DNA of 64,000 bases, taken from the NCBI RefSeq assembly GCF_006345805.1, contig NC_042999.1, positions 3,906,001 through 3,970,000 of the forward strand, written 5' to 3'. The stretch's first letter is position 1; every line of letters begins with the position of its first letter. This document shows, in pieces, positions 63,355-64,000 of this stretch. Source of the stretch: Octopus sinensis (Eukaryota). The notes under the pieces were generated by a model, which saw nothing but the letters and a program-made list of their open reading frames with translations, searched no databases and was not told the origin of the DNA. The position numbers were made by a program, and so were the translations under genes.

Positions 63355-64000
63355 TAAACTTAGATAAACTTAGATGTGTTTCGACCAATGATTGGTCCAG
63401 GCCATGTCTAACTTAATAGCACCACCTGATAGGATTATTTGAATCCTGTTTAAGTCAAGTTTTGCTTATGGTCCATTCAAGTAGTGAGTTGTATCCAATT
63501 ATGGGTGGCTTATCTGGTATTCTTTGAAGGAATCTATCCAGACTCCGTTTAAAGTTGATGGGATCCTGTTCCTCTTTGATCTCTTTCGGGACAATGTTAA
63601 ATAGGGCAGGGCCTGTTGAGGAAAAGAAATTATGTTGTAGTGTATAAGTATGCTGTGAACTTGAATTGGGCAGGGGACGTATGGCCTGTGGTCCCAGTCT
63701 TGGATGAACCTTGAAGCTTATGTTCAGGTCGTTTGGGCAAAGTTGGCGGTATATTCTCCGCATCGTACAAATGGTGTACCGCTCACGGCGACGCTGGAGA
63801 GAGTAGAGTTTCAAGGCTTTAAGGCAATCCCAATAATCAAGAGCAGCCATGCCTTCAATTCGTTTAGTGAGTGCTCTCTGGGGTGATTCAATCCTCGAGA
63901 TGTTTTGTCTTGTATGGGGAGACCACAGTGGGCAGCAGTATTCGAGGTGTGGCCGTACAAAGGAGGAGAAGAGTGGTATGATGACACCTTGTTCGCTGGA
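63355..64000 (-). mobile_element. CR1/Jockey-group LINE 3' portion, open frame 64000-63455 (runs off window)
   Basis: LFSSFVRPHLEYCCPLWSP...IESPQRALTKRIEGM..LDYWDCLKALKLYSLQRRRERY...GPALFNIVP...FKRSLDRFLQRIPDKP; 3' UTR hairpin GACCAATCATTGGTC and (ATCTAAGTTT)2 tail. Confidence 0.9.

Noticed and set aside
63365-63410. Hairpin followed by GAAAC on the minus strand
   Set aside because: No CTGANGA core; better explained as the LINE 3' recognition stem-loop.

Overview
AT-rich, microsatellite-dense eukaryotic DNA. The repeat families resemble those I recall from octopus/coleoid cephalopods; this is inference and no search was run. No host protein-coding gene can be identified. The supplied ORFs are microsatellite artefacts or decayed transposon frames. 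The window is a mosaic of tRNA-headed SINEs (working names A, B, C), 5'-truncated LINEs (RTE, CR1-like, L1/Tx1, CRE-like, R4/Dong-like), non-autonomous Helitrons, hAT/piggyBac/mariner MITEs and a mariner transposase relic. CpGs survive in the first ~4 kb but have decayed in old repeats downstream. That pattern suggests an unmethylated promoter near 2.6-4.0 kb followed by a long methylated, mostly intronic region. The most notable signals are: (1) a near-intact minimal type I hammerhead ribozyme motif at 5637-5675, with several decayed relatives; (2) a tRNA-headed element with a hammerhead-type tail and an inverted terminal duplication; (3) a 3' stem-loop shared by SINE-A and a LINE, plus tail swapping within SINE-A; (4) two short locally templated duplications. 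Most repeat boundaries are approximate (about +/-20 bp) unless TSDs or TIRs are quoted.
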